Shown piece by piece: positions 52,179-62,200 of a stretch of DNA of 64,000 bases. A program made the translations under genes and the position numbers. The notes under the pieces were generated by a model that worked only from the letters and a program-made list of their open reading frames with translations, was not told the DNA's origin and did not search any database. The stretch's first letter is position 1; each line of letters starts with the position of its first letter. Source of the stretch: a bacterium (GTDB taxonomy: Bacteria > UBA10199 > 2-02-FULL-44-16 > JAAZCA01); NCBI GenBank assembly GCA_963674695.2, contig CAXXGI010000003.1:192001-256000 (forward strand), in the 5' to 3' direction.

Positions 52179-52676
52179 ATGACGGATGCAAAGGTACTCA
52201 TCGTGATGGGGAGTGCGAGTGACAAGGCGGTGATGGAGGATGCGGCCAAGGTGCTCGCTGAACTTGGTATTTCGGCACGCATGACGATCGCTTCAGCCCA
52301 TCGCACGCCCGATCGGGCCACAGCGCTCGCGCGCGATGCCCGGGGCCAGGGCGTGAAGGTCATCATCGCCGGCGCCGGATATGCTGCACACTTGGGCGGC
52401 GTGCTGGCGGCGCACACGACGTTGCCGGTCATCGGCGTGCCCTTGGATGCTTCATCGCTGAAGGGATTGGATTCACTCCTGGCGACCGTGCAAATGCCCT
52501 CCGGCATTCCGGTCGCGACGGTCACAATCGGAAAATCGGGCGCGCGCAACGCAGGGATCCTTGCGGCGCAGATGCTGGCGATCTCGGATGACGCCCTGGC
52601 AAAAAAACTCGAGGCGTTTCGAGCGGCGATGACCGCAAAGGTCGATGCGGCGGATGCCGAATTGCAGTCGACGTAA
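52179..52676 (+). CDS. purE: N5-CAIR mutase
   Basis: IVMGSASD, SAHRTP, AGAGYAAHLGG, PVIGVP, QMPSGIPVATV. Confidence 0.97.
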   Translation: MTDAKVLIVMGSASDKAVMEDAAKVLAELGISARMTIASAHRTPDRATALARDARGQGVKVIIAGAGYAAHLGGVLAAHTTLPVIGVPLDASSLKGLDSLLATVQMPSGIPVATVTIGKSGARNAGILAAQMLAISDDALAKKLEAFRAAMTAKVDAADAELQST

Positions 52677-52760
52677 CTCGTTACTCGTCATTCGTGACTC
52701 GTCGGGTCACGATTCACCGGTTGAACGAGACTACGATCTCACGATTCACGAGACCACGAG
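52672..52760. repeat. Inverted microsatellite element (CTCGTYA arm, then CACGAKW arm)
   Basis: cgtaactcgttactcgtcattcgtgactcg...tcacgattcacgagaccacgag; contains the purE stop. Confidence 0.7.
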
Positions 52761-52761
52761 C

Positions 52762-53400
52762 ATGACCGACATCATTCACATCGATCCGAAGCATCCTGAT
52801 CCCGCGGCGATTGAGCAGGCGGTGACCTATCTGCGCGATGGGCAGGTGATCGCCTATCCGACCGAGACGATCTATGGCTTAGGTGCCGATGTCTTCAATC
52901 GAAAAGCGGTCAAACGCATCTACGATCTCAAGGCACGCGATTACGGTCTCCCGATCGCGATTCTCATCGGCGACCTCTCCAACCTTCCCGACGTGACCTC
53001 TGAGGTGCCCGATCGCGCGTTGCCACTCATGCGCCATTTCTGGCCGGGGCCACTGACGATCCTCTTTCCCGCTGCAGCACATTTTCCAAAGGGGTTGGTC
53101 ACCCATACGGGCAAAGTGGGCATTCGCATCTCGTCCAACCCGATTGCGTTGGCCATCTCCAAGGCGTTTGGAAAACCGCTCACGACCACCAGTGCCAATC
53201 TTTCCAACTTTCCGCCTTCGCTCAGCATCAAACACGTGCAGAAGTATTTCGGACCGAAGTTGCCCTGTATCGTCGATGGCGGTGAGTGCGAGCCCACACG
53301 GGGATCGACGGTCATCGATATCGGCGACGATACCATGCGCATCATTCGCGAAGGAGCTATTCCCGCAGATGAAGTAATCCGGGTTTTTCAGGAAAGTTGA
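52762..53400 (+). CDS. tsaC: L-threonylcarbamoyladenylate synthase (Sua5/YrdC)
   Basis: YPTETIYGLG, IYDLKAR, FWPGPLT, GIRIS, TSANLS, STVID, REGAI. Confidence 0.93.
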   Translation: MTDIIHIDPKHPDPAAIEQAVTYLRDGQVIAYPTETIYGLGADVFNRKAVKRIYDLKARDYGLPIAILIGDLSNLPDVTSEVPDRALPLMRHFWPGPLTILFPAAAHFPKGLVTHTGKVGIRISSNPIALAISKAFGKPLTTTSANLSNFPPSLSIKHVQKYFGPKLPCIVDGGECEPTRGSTVIDIGDDTMRIIREGAIPADEVIRVFQES

Positions 53401-53532
53401 AGCTATTGTCTGTAATGTGAGCCATCTTATTGTTATATTCATTGGCATGGAGTAATAGGAATTGAAACGGAAAATCGAAAACCGATCACGAAGACTGAAT
53501 CGGATTTCTGACAGACCGAAAACGGAACCGGA

Positions 53533-53700
53533 TCAGGGAAGTCTCCCGATCCGATTGTATGCCGCCCGTAGAATCGCCTTATTCTCCTCCTGTACCTTGG
53601 CCGGAATCAGGGAGAAGTCACTGGCCAGATCTAGCGCCGCTGCCACCTCCGCGATGGACCCCATCGAGATCTGAAAGCATTTCTGCTGTATTTTTTCACG
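53533..53700 (-). pseudogene. C-terminal remnant of a four-helix-bundle (IVP/bAvd-like) protein gene; not in the ORF track
   Basis: Manual translation FQISMGSIAEVAAALDLASDFSLIPAKVQEENKAILRAAYNRIGRLP*. Aligns with 53973-54176. Confidence 0.7.
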
Positions 53701-53701
53701 A

Positions 53702-53769
53702 TGTCATTCCCGAGTGACGTAATCGGGAATCTCGCTCCAATCGAGATCCCCGCTTTCGCGGGGATGACA
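53702..53769. repeat. REP/dRS3-like paired palindrome, copy 7
   Basis: tgtcattcccgag...tcgggaatc...gcggggatgaca. Confidence 0.8.
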
Positions 53770-53929
53770 AAGCTCGAAACAGAACCTTTCTGATGATGAT
53801 TCTGATGCCGATGGTGATTGAATCCGATCATTCGTTTTCCGTTTCGGCTTATCGGTTATCCCAATCCGTTCTCCAAATCGATAAATCTCGATGATCTCTG
53901 AGCGATGATGTTGAAAAGCGGTCAAAGGC

Positions 53930-53958
53930 GACCACTACGAAGGCCGTTCGTAGTGGTC
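53930..53958. repeat. Perfect 12-bp stem palindrome with GTAG motif
   Basis: gaccactacgaa-ggccg-ttcgtagtggtc. Confidence 0.75.
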
Positions 53959-53972
53959 AGATTTTACCACTT

Positions 53973-54176
53973 TTGCGCATCAACTTGGCTGAGGGCAATG
54001 CACGGATGGGCGCGGGGGAACGCAAGCGCTTCTTTCAGATCTCAAGGGCATCGTTAGCGGAGGTATCGGCCTGCATTGATCTGGCCAGTGTCTTCTCCCT
54101 GATTCCGGCACGATGTGTCATGGAGAACAAGGAGCGAGCGGATAGGATCAGTCGAATGCTCTACCGACTCAGGTGA
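53973..54176 (+). pseudogene. C-terminal remnant of a four-helix-bundle (IVP/bAvd-like) protein gene
   Basis: NLAEGNAR...ERKRFFQISRASLAEV...IDLA...ISRMLYRL. N-terminal half absent; in-frame stop at 53892. Confidence 0.75.
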
Positions 54177-54321
54177 GTCGGTATCATGCTGTTGGAATCA
54201 GGAATCAATAATCGATGTTATCATCATCGATATCACCATTATAATCAGAGATCAGTGGTTATTTTTCAATGATGTTGAAAACCGAATATTTCATTGCAGA
54301 ATCATATCGTAGCTATTTTAT

Positions 54322-54810
54322 TTAATCGGTATTAGACCCCTTCCGGCGCGTTCCAAACCCCCGCTGCATGGCTCGGCGTGCGGCTTCTCGAATATCCTCA
54401 TCTGAAATTTGCTCGCTTGCGCGATCGATGAACTCAATCTCCTCTTCGGTCAGCGGGCGCTGGGGAGCGCGAAGATTTCGGCTGACGATGGGAGGTGGCT
54501 CCGGTAGATCGCCGTATTCGAATCGCATATCCTTGAGTCGTGCCTCGGGGAAGGCTTCGCGCAGACGGCTCAACAACTGTGGTTTGAGCAGTCCGAGCTC
54601 CTGTTTCCAGGTGGGGTGGGAAACGCGAATGGTCAGCATGCCGCGCATGAGTTGGGCTGGGCGCGCGTGCTTGGCGATCGCATCGCCGGCGAGCTCCTCC
54701 CAGCGCATCCAGATGCGGGCCAGCTGCATACGCCAGGCCAGTTCTTTGGCCTGCGCGCCTTTCCCCAAAATCTGCTTGAGCGCCATGAGCGGTGTTCGGC
54801 GTTTGCGCAT
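54322..54810 (-). CDS. dciA: DUF721 / DciA-family protein
   Basis: WEELAGDAIAKHARP...GMLTIRVSHPTWKQEL...LKDMRF. Confidence 0.8.
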   Translation of the reverse strand: MRKRRTPLMALKQILGKGAQAKELAWRMQLARIWMRWEELAGDAIAKHARPAQLMRGMLTIRVSHPTWKQELGLLKPQLLSRLREAFPEARLKDMRFEYGDLPEPPPIVSRNLRAPQRPLTEEEIEFIDRASEQISDEDIREAARRAMQRGFGTRRKGSNTD

Positions 54811-54949
54811 GCCGGGAGTGTTAGCAGAGCGGTGACACAGAAGCAACCAGGCAGAACGGTCCTTTCAGGGGTCTTTTGTGTGCACCCTTTGCGATTGACA
54901 AGAAGGCCTTTTTGAGAAATATTCCCCCGCCTTTCAGGAGGGGCTATTC

Positions 54950-55315
54950 ATGAATAAGAAAGATATCGCGCACTTCAAGAAGATTCTGCTCGAGCGCAAA
55001 CAGGCTGTTTTCAATACGGCCGAGGCCATTCGCGAAGAGGGGATTGGCGTCGAAAAAGACGATCTGGCCGATGAGGTCGATATGGCCTCATCTGAGACGG
55101 GCCAGGCCCTCAACCTTCGCTTGCGCGATCGGGAGCTCGTGCTCCTCAAGAAGATCGACAAGACGCTTGAGAAGATGGACGAGGGTGAGTTCGGTGTCTG
55201 TGAACGCTGTGGCGAAGAGATCGGTAAGAAACGCCTCGAAGCGCGCCCCGTTGCCGAGATGTGCATTCGGTGCAAGGAAGAACTCGAGAAGAAGGAGAAG
55301 GGATACGCTGGTTGA
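54950..55315 (+). CDS. dksA: DksA/TraR C4 zinc-finger transcription factor
   Basis: DEVDMAS (DxxDxA), CERCGEEIGKKRLEARPVAEMCIRC. RBS GGAGG. Confidence 0.92.
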   Translation: MNKKDIAHFKKILLERKQAVFNTAEAIREEGIGVEKDDLADEVDMASSETGQALNLRLRDRELVLLKKIDKTLEKMDEGEFGVCERCGEEIGKKRLEARPVAEMCIRCKEELEKKEKGYAG

Positions 55316-55337
55316 GTGTTAAACGAATCAAATTGAT

Positions 55338-55369
55338 AGGGCCCGCAATCGATGCGGGTCCTTTTTTTT
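55338..55369 (+). terminator. Intrinsic terminator after dksA
   Basis: agggcccgca-atcga-tgcgggtcct followed by a T run. Confidence 0.8.
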
Positions 55370-55631
55370 AGTCGGTTTTCGAGTTCGTGCCGCATTCATT
55401 GCGGAACAGGGCCCATTCTTCGCAGACCGTTCCGTCGGGCAGATGGCAGATGCCCGATTCATTTCCCTCCGCATCTTTTACGATTTTCAGTTGTCCACCG
55501 CGTTCAATACAGTGCACCGAAGCGGGATTGGGCATGCCGATCATCTTCTCGGAGCTGTTTTGTTTCTCCTCTTCGCCACTGCTGCAGGCGGCGATGAGGC
55601 ACAATGTGCTGACGATGATGAAGGGACGCAT
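55368..55631 (-). CDS. DUF333 lipoprotein
   Basis: IAAC lipobox; GMPNPASVHCIERGG...GICHLPDGTVCEEWALFR. Confidence 0.9.
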   Translation of the reverse strand: MRPFIIVSTLCLIAACSSGEEEKQNSSEKMIGMPNPASVHCIERGGQLKIVKDAEGNESGICHLPDGTVCEEWALFRNECGTNSKTD

Positions 55632-55663
55632 GGCTTCCTCTCGTAAACTGATTATTCTAAGGG

Positions 55664-55752
55664 TGTCATCCTGAGTGAAGCGAAGGATCTCCATAGAATT
55701 CTGGGGGATTCTTCGCTGCGCCCCATACGACGGGGCTTCTCTCAGAATGACA
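55664..55752. repeat. REP-like paired palindrome, copy 8
   Basis: tgtcatcctgagtgaagcgaaggatct...ctcagaatgaca. Confidence 0.75.
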
Positions 55753-55781
55753 TCAATTGCACATTTCTGGCATTCAGACTC

Positions 55782-58304
55782 TTAGCTTTGCTTGATCTCT
55801 CGCGCATAGATGGTGCGCACAGTCTCTCGCACTCGATCGAGCTCCGAGATGAGCGATGCCGGGTTTTCATATCCCATGCCTTCGGCCAGCGCGGGGAGAT
55901 AGGCGGCGTTTGCATCGATCCTATCCGCATCGTGTCCAAGCAGGAGGCGCAGGCGTGCCAAGAGTTGGCGCAGAAAGGCGAGCGCGTCCTGGAGCTTATC
56001 CTGTTGGTCCGCTTCGATGAGGTTTGTCCCTGCCAGGGCATCGAGGAGCTCGTCTGAATTCTGTCGGCGCAACTCCGGATATGCTGGTACGTGCAGCAGT
56101 TGGTGATGTCGGATGATCGATTCGATGTCGGCCAGTCCCCCGGGGCCGATCTTGAGGTTGCGCACGGTTTCCGTTTCACGTGCTCGTTCGTCGATAAAGC
56201 GCGAACGCAGATGATCGATCTCCTCGCGCAGCGCCTTCTCCTTCGGCGGCGTCAGTTCAAAGGCGAGGTGGTCGAGGGTGTGTTCCACCTTTTCTGTAAA
56301 TGCCTCGTCCCCGGCAATGACGCGTGCCTTGAGCAGTGCCTGGCGTTCCCAGAGCGCCGCACCGCGCTCATGGTAGTCGCAGAAGGTGGCCAGACTCGCC
56401 ACCAGCGTTCCCTGTCCGCCGGAGGGGCGCAGCTCCGCATCGACCAGATAGGTGCGTCCATATCGTGTCATGAGCGAAATGAGCGAGATCGTGCGCTGGG
56501 CGAGTTTGGTGAAGAATTCGACGTTCGCGATAGGACGTTCGCCGTCGGTCGTTCCCTTCTCTTCATAGAGAAAGATCAGGTCCAGATCGGAACCGTAGTC
56601 GATCTCCCGCGCACCCAGTCGACCCAGCGCGACGATGGCAAAGCCAGCGGGATCGCCCTGTTCGGTGCGGGGGTTTCCATAGCGCTCGGCGAGTCGCAAG
56701 CGGGCCATGCGCCACGCGCCTTCGATGGCAGCTTCCGCCACCAGCGAGAGTCGTCGCAGGACACGTCCGATGGGGAGGCGTCCCTCCAGATCGAGGCGCA
56801 CGATGCGTTGGACTTCGCGTTTCTTGAACCACGCCAGCGAGTCGGCGGCTTCTTCCTCGTCCGCCGCACGCGCGACGTTCTCGCGCAGGACCTCGTCGAA
56901 TTCCAGCCGTTCATAGTCGGCTTCGAACAGGGCGCGAAAGAGGCGCGCGATCGCCTGGCGATGTTGTGAAAGTTGGGCAGAAAATTCCTGTGTGCCATCT
57001 TCTGCAACGTAACCCATACGTCGGGCAAGCGCGGTGGTCGCATTCATATCATCGGGCAGCCGATGGGTCTGAACGTCGTCGACCGCCTGGAGCATATTCT
57101 CCGTTCGGCGCAGAAACGCCCAAGCATGGTGCAGACGCGCGGCGACATCCGGATGGATGATCTCCGCGTTCGACAGGAAGTCGATGGCGTCAAAGGTGTT
57201 GGAGGTACGCAGCTCTGGGCGTGCGCCGCCGAAGAGGAGCTGAAAGGCCTGCACGAGAAACTCCGCTTCGCGGATGGAACCCTTGCCATGTTTGATGTCA
57301 TCGTTGCGACGACGCAAAACCTTGCGCTCCATGCGTTCCTTGAGCGTGCACATGTGCGTCAGGTCCGCCAACGAGATCGAGCGGCGATAGACGAAGGGGC
57401 GCATCGCCTCCAGAAAACGTTCGCCGAGCGCGATGTCACCCGCGACGGGGCGAGCACGGATGAGCGCCTGCCGCTCCCAGTCGCTCCCGAAGTATTCATA
57501 ATAGCGTTCTGCCGCCGCAACCGAATTTGCCAGCGGCCCCTGAAGACCTTCCGGGCGCAGATCATGATCGACGCGAAAGACAAAGCCGTCCGGCGTGACC
57601 TGGGCCAGTAGGCGCGTGAACCTGCGCGTGTATGTGACGAAGCATTCATGCAGGCTCGTCGCGCTCTCGTCCTCGCGCGTGGCCTGGCCCTGGTCGGAGG
57701 TGTAGAGGACGAGGAGGTCGATATCCGAGCTGATGTTGAGTTCATTTCCGCCGAGTTTGCCCAGGCCGATGATGCAGACGCCGCAATCCGCAGGCGTTCC
57801 CTCGGCATGCGTGCAGCGAGGCGTGCCAAATCGATTCCGGGTCTCGTTGAGGGCGCGCATACTCGCTGCCTCGATCAATACATCAGCCAGTTCCGTCCAC
57901 TCGGCGAGCATCGCATTCGTGTCGATGGAGCCCGTGAGATCGCGTGCGACCAGACGCGCGAGCTCACGGTATTTCATCTGGCGCAGGGCGCGCACAAAAC
58001 CCTCGTCGTCCGGCTGGGCGGCGATGGCCTGCTCAAGTTCCTGTATCATCGTCGTCTTCGGCTTGCGTGCATTCCAGAACGGGGAATCGACGATCGCCTC
58101 CGCCCAGTCCGGATGTGCGATCAGTCGCTCGGCGAGGATATGGCTGTTGCCGAAGATGCGGGTGAGCGTGCGTGCGCCCTCGCGGTTCCAATTGAATGCG
58201 CCTACAGATGAAGCGTGACAGGTCGCCTCAAAACGCGCGAAGTCCTGCCGACCCCGCTCGGGCTCGGCCGCTTGTGCAATGATTTGTTCGATGGAACGAA
58301 GCAT
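55782..58304 (-). CDS. glnE: Glutamine synthetase adenylyltransferase / adenylyl-removing enzyme
   Basis: Two nucleotidyltransferase domains: GKLGGNELNISSDIDL...WERQALIRAR and GRLGAREIDYGSDLDL...WERQALLKAR. Confidence 0.92.
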   Translation of the reverse strand: MLRSIEQIIAQAAEPERGRQDFARFEATCHASSVGAFNWNREGARTLTRIFGNSHILAERLIAHPDWAEAIVDSPFWNARKPKTTMIQELEQAIAAQPDDEGFVRALRQMKYRELARLVARDLTGSIDTNAMLAEWTELADVLIEAASMRALNETRNRFGTPRCTHAEGTPADCGVCIIGLGKLGGNELNISSDIDLLVLYTSDQGQATREDESATSLHECFVTYTRRFTRLLAQVTPDGFVFRVDHDLRPEGLQGPLANSVAAAERYYEYFGSDWERQALIRARPVAGDIALGERFLEAMRPFVYRRSISLADLTHMCTLKERMERKVLRRRNDDIKHGKGSIREAEFLVQAFQLLFGGARPELRTSNTFDAIDFLSNAEIIHPDVAARLHHAWAFLRRTENMLQAVDDVQTHRLPDDMNATTALARRMGYVAEDGTQEFSAQLSQHRQAIARLFRALFEADYERLEFDEVLRENVARAADEEEAADSLAWFKKREVQRIVRLDLEGRLPIGRVLRRLSLVAEAAIEGAWRMARLRLAERYGNPRTEQGDPAGFAIVALGRLGAREIDYGSDLDLIFLYEEKGTTDGERPIANVEFFTKLAQRTISLISLMTRYGRTYLVDAELRPSGGQGTLVASLATFCDYHERGAALWERQALLKARVIAGDEAFTEKVEHTLDHLAFELTPPKEKALREEIDHLRSRFIDERARETETVRNLKIGPGGLADIESIIRHHQLLHVPAYPELRRQNSDELLDALAGTNLIEADQQDKLQDALAFLRQLLARLRLLLGHDADRIDANAAYLPALAEGMGYENPASLISELDRVRETVRTIYAREIKQS

Positions 58305-58433
58305 GAGAGAGCGCAATCCGTGTGCAGGATGTTGCTCCGGGGTGGTCGTAATGGTTCCCCGCGAGGTGCCTCTTATGTACGATGCTCTTCGTTCTTTGGC
58401 AAGGACGGTGTTGTTCGCGAACGCGTATGAGCG

Positions 58434-59141
58434 TTACTCGCCATGGTTGGGGTTGGAATAGCCGGTCCCATTGGAACAGTGAATTTCCTTCCAATCGGTG
58501 AGGGTTGTTTCACATCCCCAGTATTGACCTCCGCCCGAAGAATAGGAAGAGATGTGTGTTCCGTCAGGGGACGCGTATCGCTCGTGGCTGATCTCTCGCG
58601 TCGTATTGCTTTTGTTGTCTGAATACTCAGCTCCGATGATGGTGTGGTCGCCTTGTTCAGCATTGCAGACAGCCTGAGTGATCTTCTCTTTGAGTGTCGT
58701 TCGGTTTCTTTCACATCCTTCGCCATAGACGAGGCTCCATCCGTATCTCTCGAAGGGCTTGCCCCCGATTCGACTGTACTTCTTGATGGCCTGGAGTATG
58801 TGCGGTGGTGCAGGGGGGAGTGAGGGCGTTTTTCTCGATCGCTTTTTTTTCGGTTTCTTTTTTGCTGTTTTCTTCGGGATTGGTTTTTTTCTTCCGTTGA
58901 CGCGTATCGCATCGATCGCCTTTTTCGTTTTTGCCGCCCGCAGTATGCGCACGACCCATTGGGCGCAGGACTTTTTCGTTTTTTTCGGTAGAGGGCTGGT
59001 GAGGGTTGAAGACGTTATGTTGAGGGGTCTCTTCTTGTCCGTGTTGCATACACCGACTCGTTCCACACAAGCATTGAAATGATCGGGTCCCTTCTTGTTC
59101 AGGGGAAGGCATATTTTTCTGGCATCTATTCTCATTGCCAT
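58434..59141 (-). CDS. Hypothetical basic protein with N-terminal Cys module
   Basis: RBS GAGGAG; C-x13-C-x6-C; KKKPKKKRSRK; no signal peptide. Confidence 0.7.
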   Translation of the reverse strand: MAMRIDARKICLPLNKKGPDHFNACVERVGVCNTDKKRPLNITSSTLTSPLPKKTKKSCAQWVVRILRAAKTKKAIDAIRVNGRKKPIPKKTAKKKPKKKRSRKTPSLPPAPPHILQAIKKYSRIGGKPFERYGWSLVYGEGCERNRTTLKEKITQAVCNAEQGDHTIIGAEYSDNKSNTTREISHERYASPDGTHISSYSSGGGQYWGCETTLTDWKEIHCSNGTGYSNPNHGE

Positions 59142-59210
59142 CTTCTCCTCCTCGTCGCGCAGATAGGCCCATGTGTTTTGTTCCCCTTCGTCAGAAGGGT
59201 CTCTCTATGA

Positions 59211-59236
59211 TTATCGGAAATGATTGCGAGAAGTTG
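59211..59236 (-). promoter_or_regulatory. Putative sigma28-like promoter
   Basis: Minus strand CAACTT...TCCGATAA (CAAC-N14), about 70 nt upstream of ATG 59141. Confidence 0.55.
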
Positions 59237-59270
59237 TTTGATTAATGTTCAAGATCGCCGGATAGAATGA

Positions 59271-62200
59271 TCATGATTTCTGTCCGCTCTTGAGTCGATC
59301 CTCCCAACATATCCCATTGTGATGATAGGCGCAGTTCTGGCACGGGGGCTGCGTTTCTTTTTTCTGCTCAAAGGCGTGCGCCTCGATGCACTGCATGGTC
59401 TCCCGGATGCGTGCGAGACCGTCGGTGCGGCGCGCGTCGGTCATCTCGATGCGGTGGACGATCTGGGGTTTGAGGAAGGTGAGCGTGGTTGCAGAAATCC
59501 TCTTCCCGGTCGCCGCTTCCGCGGCCAAGGCATAACAGATGAGCTGGAGATCATAGGTCTGCGCGCGCTCCTCCACCTGATCTGCATCGACGCGGTCGGT
59601 CTTGAAGTCGATCACCTCGAAGCCGTCTCCATCGGGTTTGAGCCAATCGATGCTGCCGATGATCGTCGCCGCATCGATGCGCCACTCGAAGGGGAGCTCA
59701 TGCGCGCCCTCACGCAGTTCATGGAGGAGGGGGATCTTGAGGGCGTGTTCGATTTCACGCTGAACCGCCCGCAGCGTTTGTTGCGTCGGGTCGGCGCCGC
59801 TTCTCAAACACCCCGTGCGGATCTGGTCGGTGAGGCTCTGGAGGTCACTCGGATCGAGTCCATCGAGGACGCCGTGAACGATCGAGCCCAGGACGTTGGC
59901 CGGCAGCTCTCCGTCGCCCTCTCGGAAGATGCCGGTGGCGGGCAGTCCCAGCACATATTTCAGTTCATACTCACGCGGACAGCGCTCGAAACACTCGAGC
60001 TGGCTGACGGTGTACACGTGGCGAGAAACGAGAGGCGAAGGGCGAAGGGTGAAGGGCGACAAAGCGCCGAGGGGTGAAACATCGATTGTGTTTTGAGGGA
60101 TGTTGCGCCCCTCGTCCTTCGCCCCAGCGAGTGGAGCGAGCGATCGCCCTTCGTGTGTCGGTATGTCCATCTGCACAACGACGGGTTCGAGCCACTTGTG
60201 CCACGGTCCCGAGCGCGAGATGCCCTCGTGAATTGGCAGGAGCAGGAGCTCCATCGCGCGGGTCATGGCGACATAGAGCAGGCGTTTCGATTCTGCTTCG
60301 TCCTCGGTCCGTTCATGATCGCGAAGGGCGCTGTAGCGATCCGTCTCCACGCGGGGTCCGAAGGGCTGATCCGGATCCTTTTGTTTGAAGGCGATGCCCT
60401 CCTGACGGACGAATTGCCAGCGCCCTCCCGTGTTATGTCCCCCCCGGAAGAGGTCGGGAAGGATCACGACCGGAAACTCGAGCCCCTTGGCGGCGTGTAC
60501 GGTCATGAGCCGAACCGCGCCGCTGGCATCGCCCGCGGCGGGGGCATTTCCCAGACGCGCGCTGCGCTCCTTGAGTTCGCGCACGAATCCGGCAAAGGCG
60601 CCGAGCGGGGTCGGCGTCTCGCGTTCGATCGATTCGGCCAGCGCCAGAAAACGATCGATATTGGCCGTCATGCCGCCGGAGGTATCGAGGGCATGGCAGA
60701 TCAGCTCGTATCCCGTTCGATCCAGGACCCTTCGGATGATCTCGGAGGGGCGCAGATGTCGACCCATCTCCTGCAGATCGTTCAGGAGGCCGCAGCGTTC
60801 ATCGATGCGTGCTGCCTCGACGAGTGAGTCCCCCCGTGGCCCGGCAAAACGCACCAGGTCGTCGTCGGAAAGACCGATGAGGGGAGAGCGGACAAGGCCC
60901 AGCAGGGCGATCTCGTTTTCCGGGTCGGCGGCATATTCCAAGCAGAGCAGCAGGTCGACGATCTCCTGCCGGGCGAGCAGCCCGCGTCCGCCGAAGACGC
61001 GATAGGGGATTCCGGCTTGTTGCAGCGCGTTTTCATAGGCGACGATGTCGGTGAGCGCTTGAAAGAGACAGACGATATCGCCGAGCTCGAAACGATCGCT
61101 GCTCGTCAGCGCCGTGATCGTCTGTGCGATGGCCTCGGCCTCGGCTATGCGGCGCTCGGCGGCGCTGGTCTTGGCGTCGGTGCTGACGATGGGAATGCGC
61201 GCGACCGAGGGCAATGCGCCGTCGTCATCGCGAGCGGCGATCATGTTTTCACTCGCGGCGCTCACGCCGTCTTGGGCCAACTGTTCGAAGAGTCCGTCCG
61301 AGAGATTCTCCTGGCAGTGATTGACGAAGGTGATGATGCCCGGTCGCGAACGGAAGTTCTCCGCCAGGTGGATGGTCTCGCCCCCATGGGCGCGGATGCG
61401 TTCGAGTGTCTGGGCGAAGCAGCCGACGTTGGCGCCGCGGAAGCGATAGATCGACTGGCGCGGATCGCCTACGATGCAGAGGCGGTTTCGTTTGGGGTCG
61501 AAGAGTTTCAGGACGAGCAGCGTCTGTAAGTCGTTGGTGTCCTGAAATTCGTCGACGAGCAGGTGCGAAAACCGTCGCTGATAGAGCTCGCATATCGAAG
61601 GGTGTTCGGTCAGCAGTCGAAGGGCTTGGATTTCGAGGGCCTGAAAGTCGAGGGCATCCATGCGCGCGAATTGTGCTGAGAGGTGGGTGCAGGCAAGGGT
61701 GAAGGCGGCGCCCAGTGCGGAGAGGAGTGCGGCTTCTTCCGCTGCTGCGGGCTGCTCGAAGATGCGCTGTGCATGCCACCGAAACTGCATCAGCTCTTCG
61801 AGGGCTCCAGTCACCGTTCGGAAATCGAGGGCATCGACGAGCAGAGCGGTGGGGGCATCATCCTGTTCGAGAAGGGTCATCAGTGTGTGGTGCACCGCCT
61901 GGCGCGCGACGAGACCCGCCGCGTTTTCATCGAGGATGCCGAAGGAGGGGTCGAGCCCCAGTACGGGGGTATGGGCGCGGATGATGCGGGCACAGAAGGC
62001 GTGGAAGGTGCCGATCCAGGCCTCTTCGATGCGATGGTGTTGTTCGGCCGGAATGCGACGGCGCAGACGTGCCTTGAGCTCTCCGGCCGCTTTCTCCGTG
62101 AACGTGATGGCGAGGAGACGATCGAGTGCGCCCCAATCATCCTCGATGATGTGCAGGCATCGCTCGATGAGCACGGTGGTTTTGCCCGAACCGGCTCCGG

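Noticed and set aside
53704-53925. 73-aa minus-strand ORF as the missing N-terminus of the four-helix-bundle remnant
   Set aside because: It runs mostly through repeat arms and a REP. The resemblance of FQHH..EIYR to a family N-terminus is too weak to assert.
53461-54255. Diversity-generating retroelement suggested by the bAvd-like fold
   Set aside because: No reverse transcriptase and no template/variable repeat pair differing at adenines is visible in the window.
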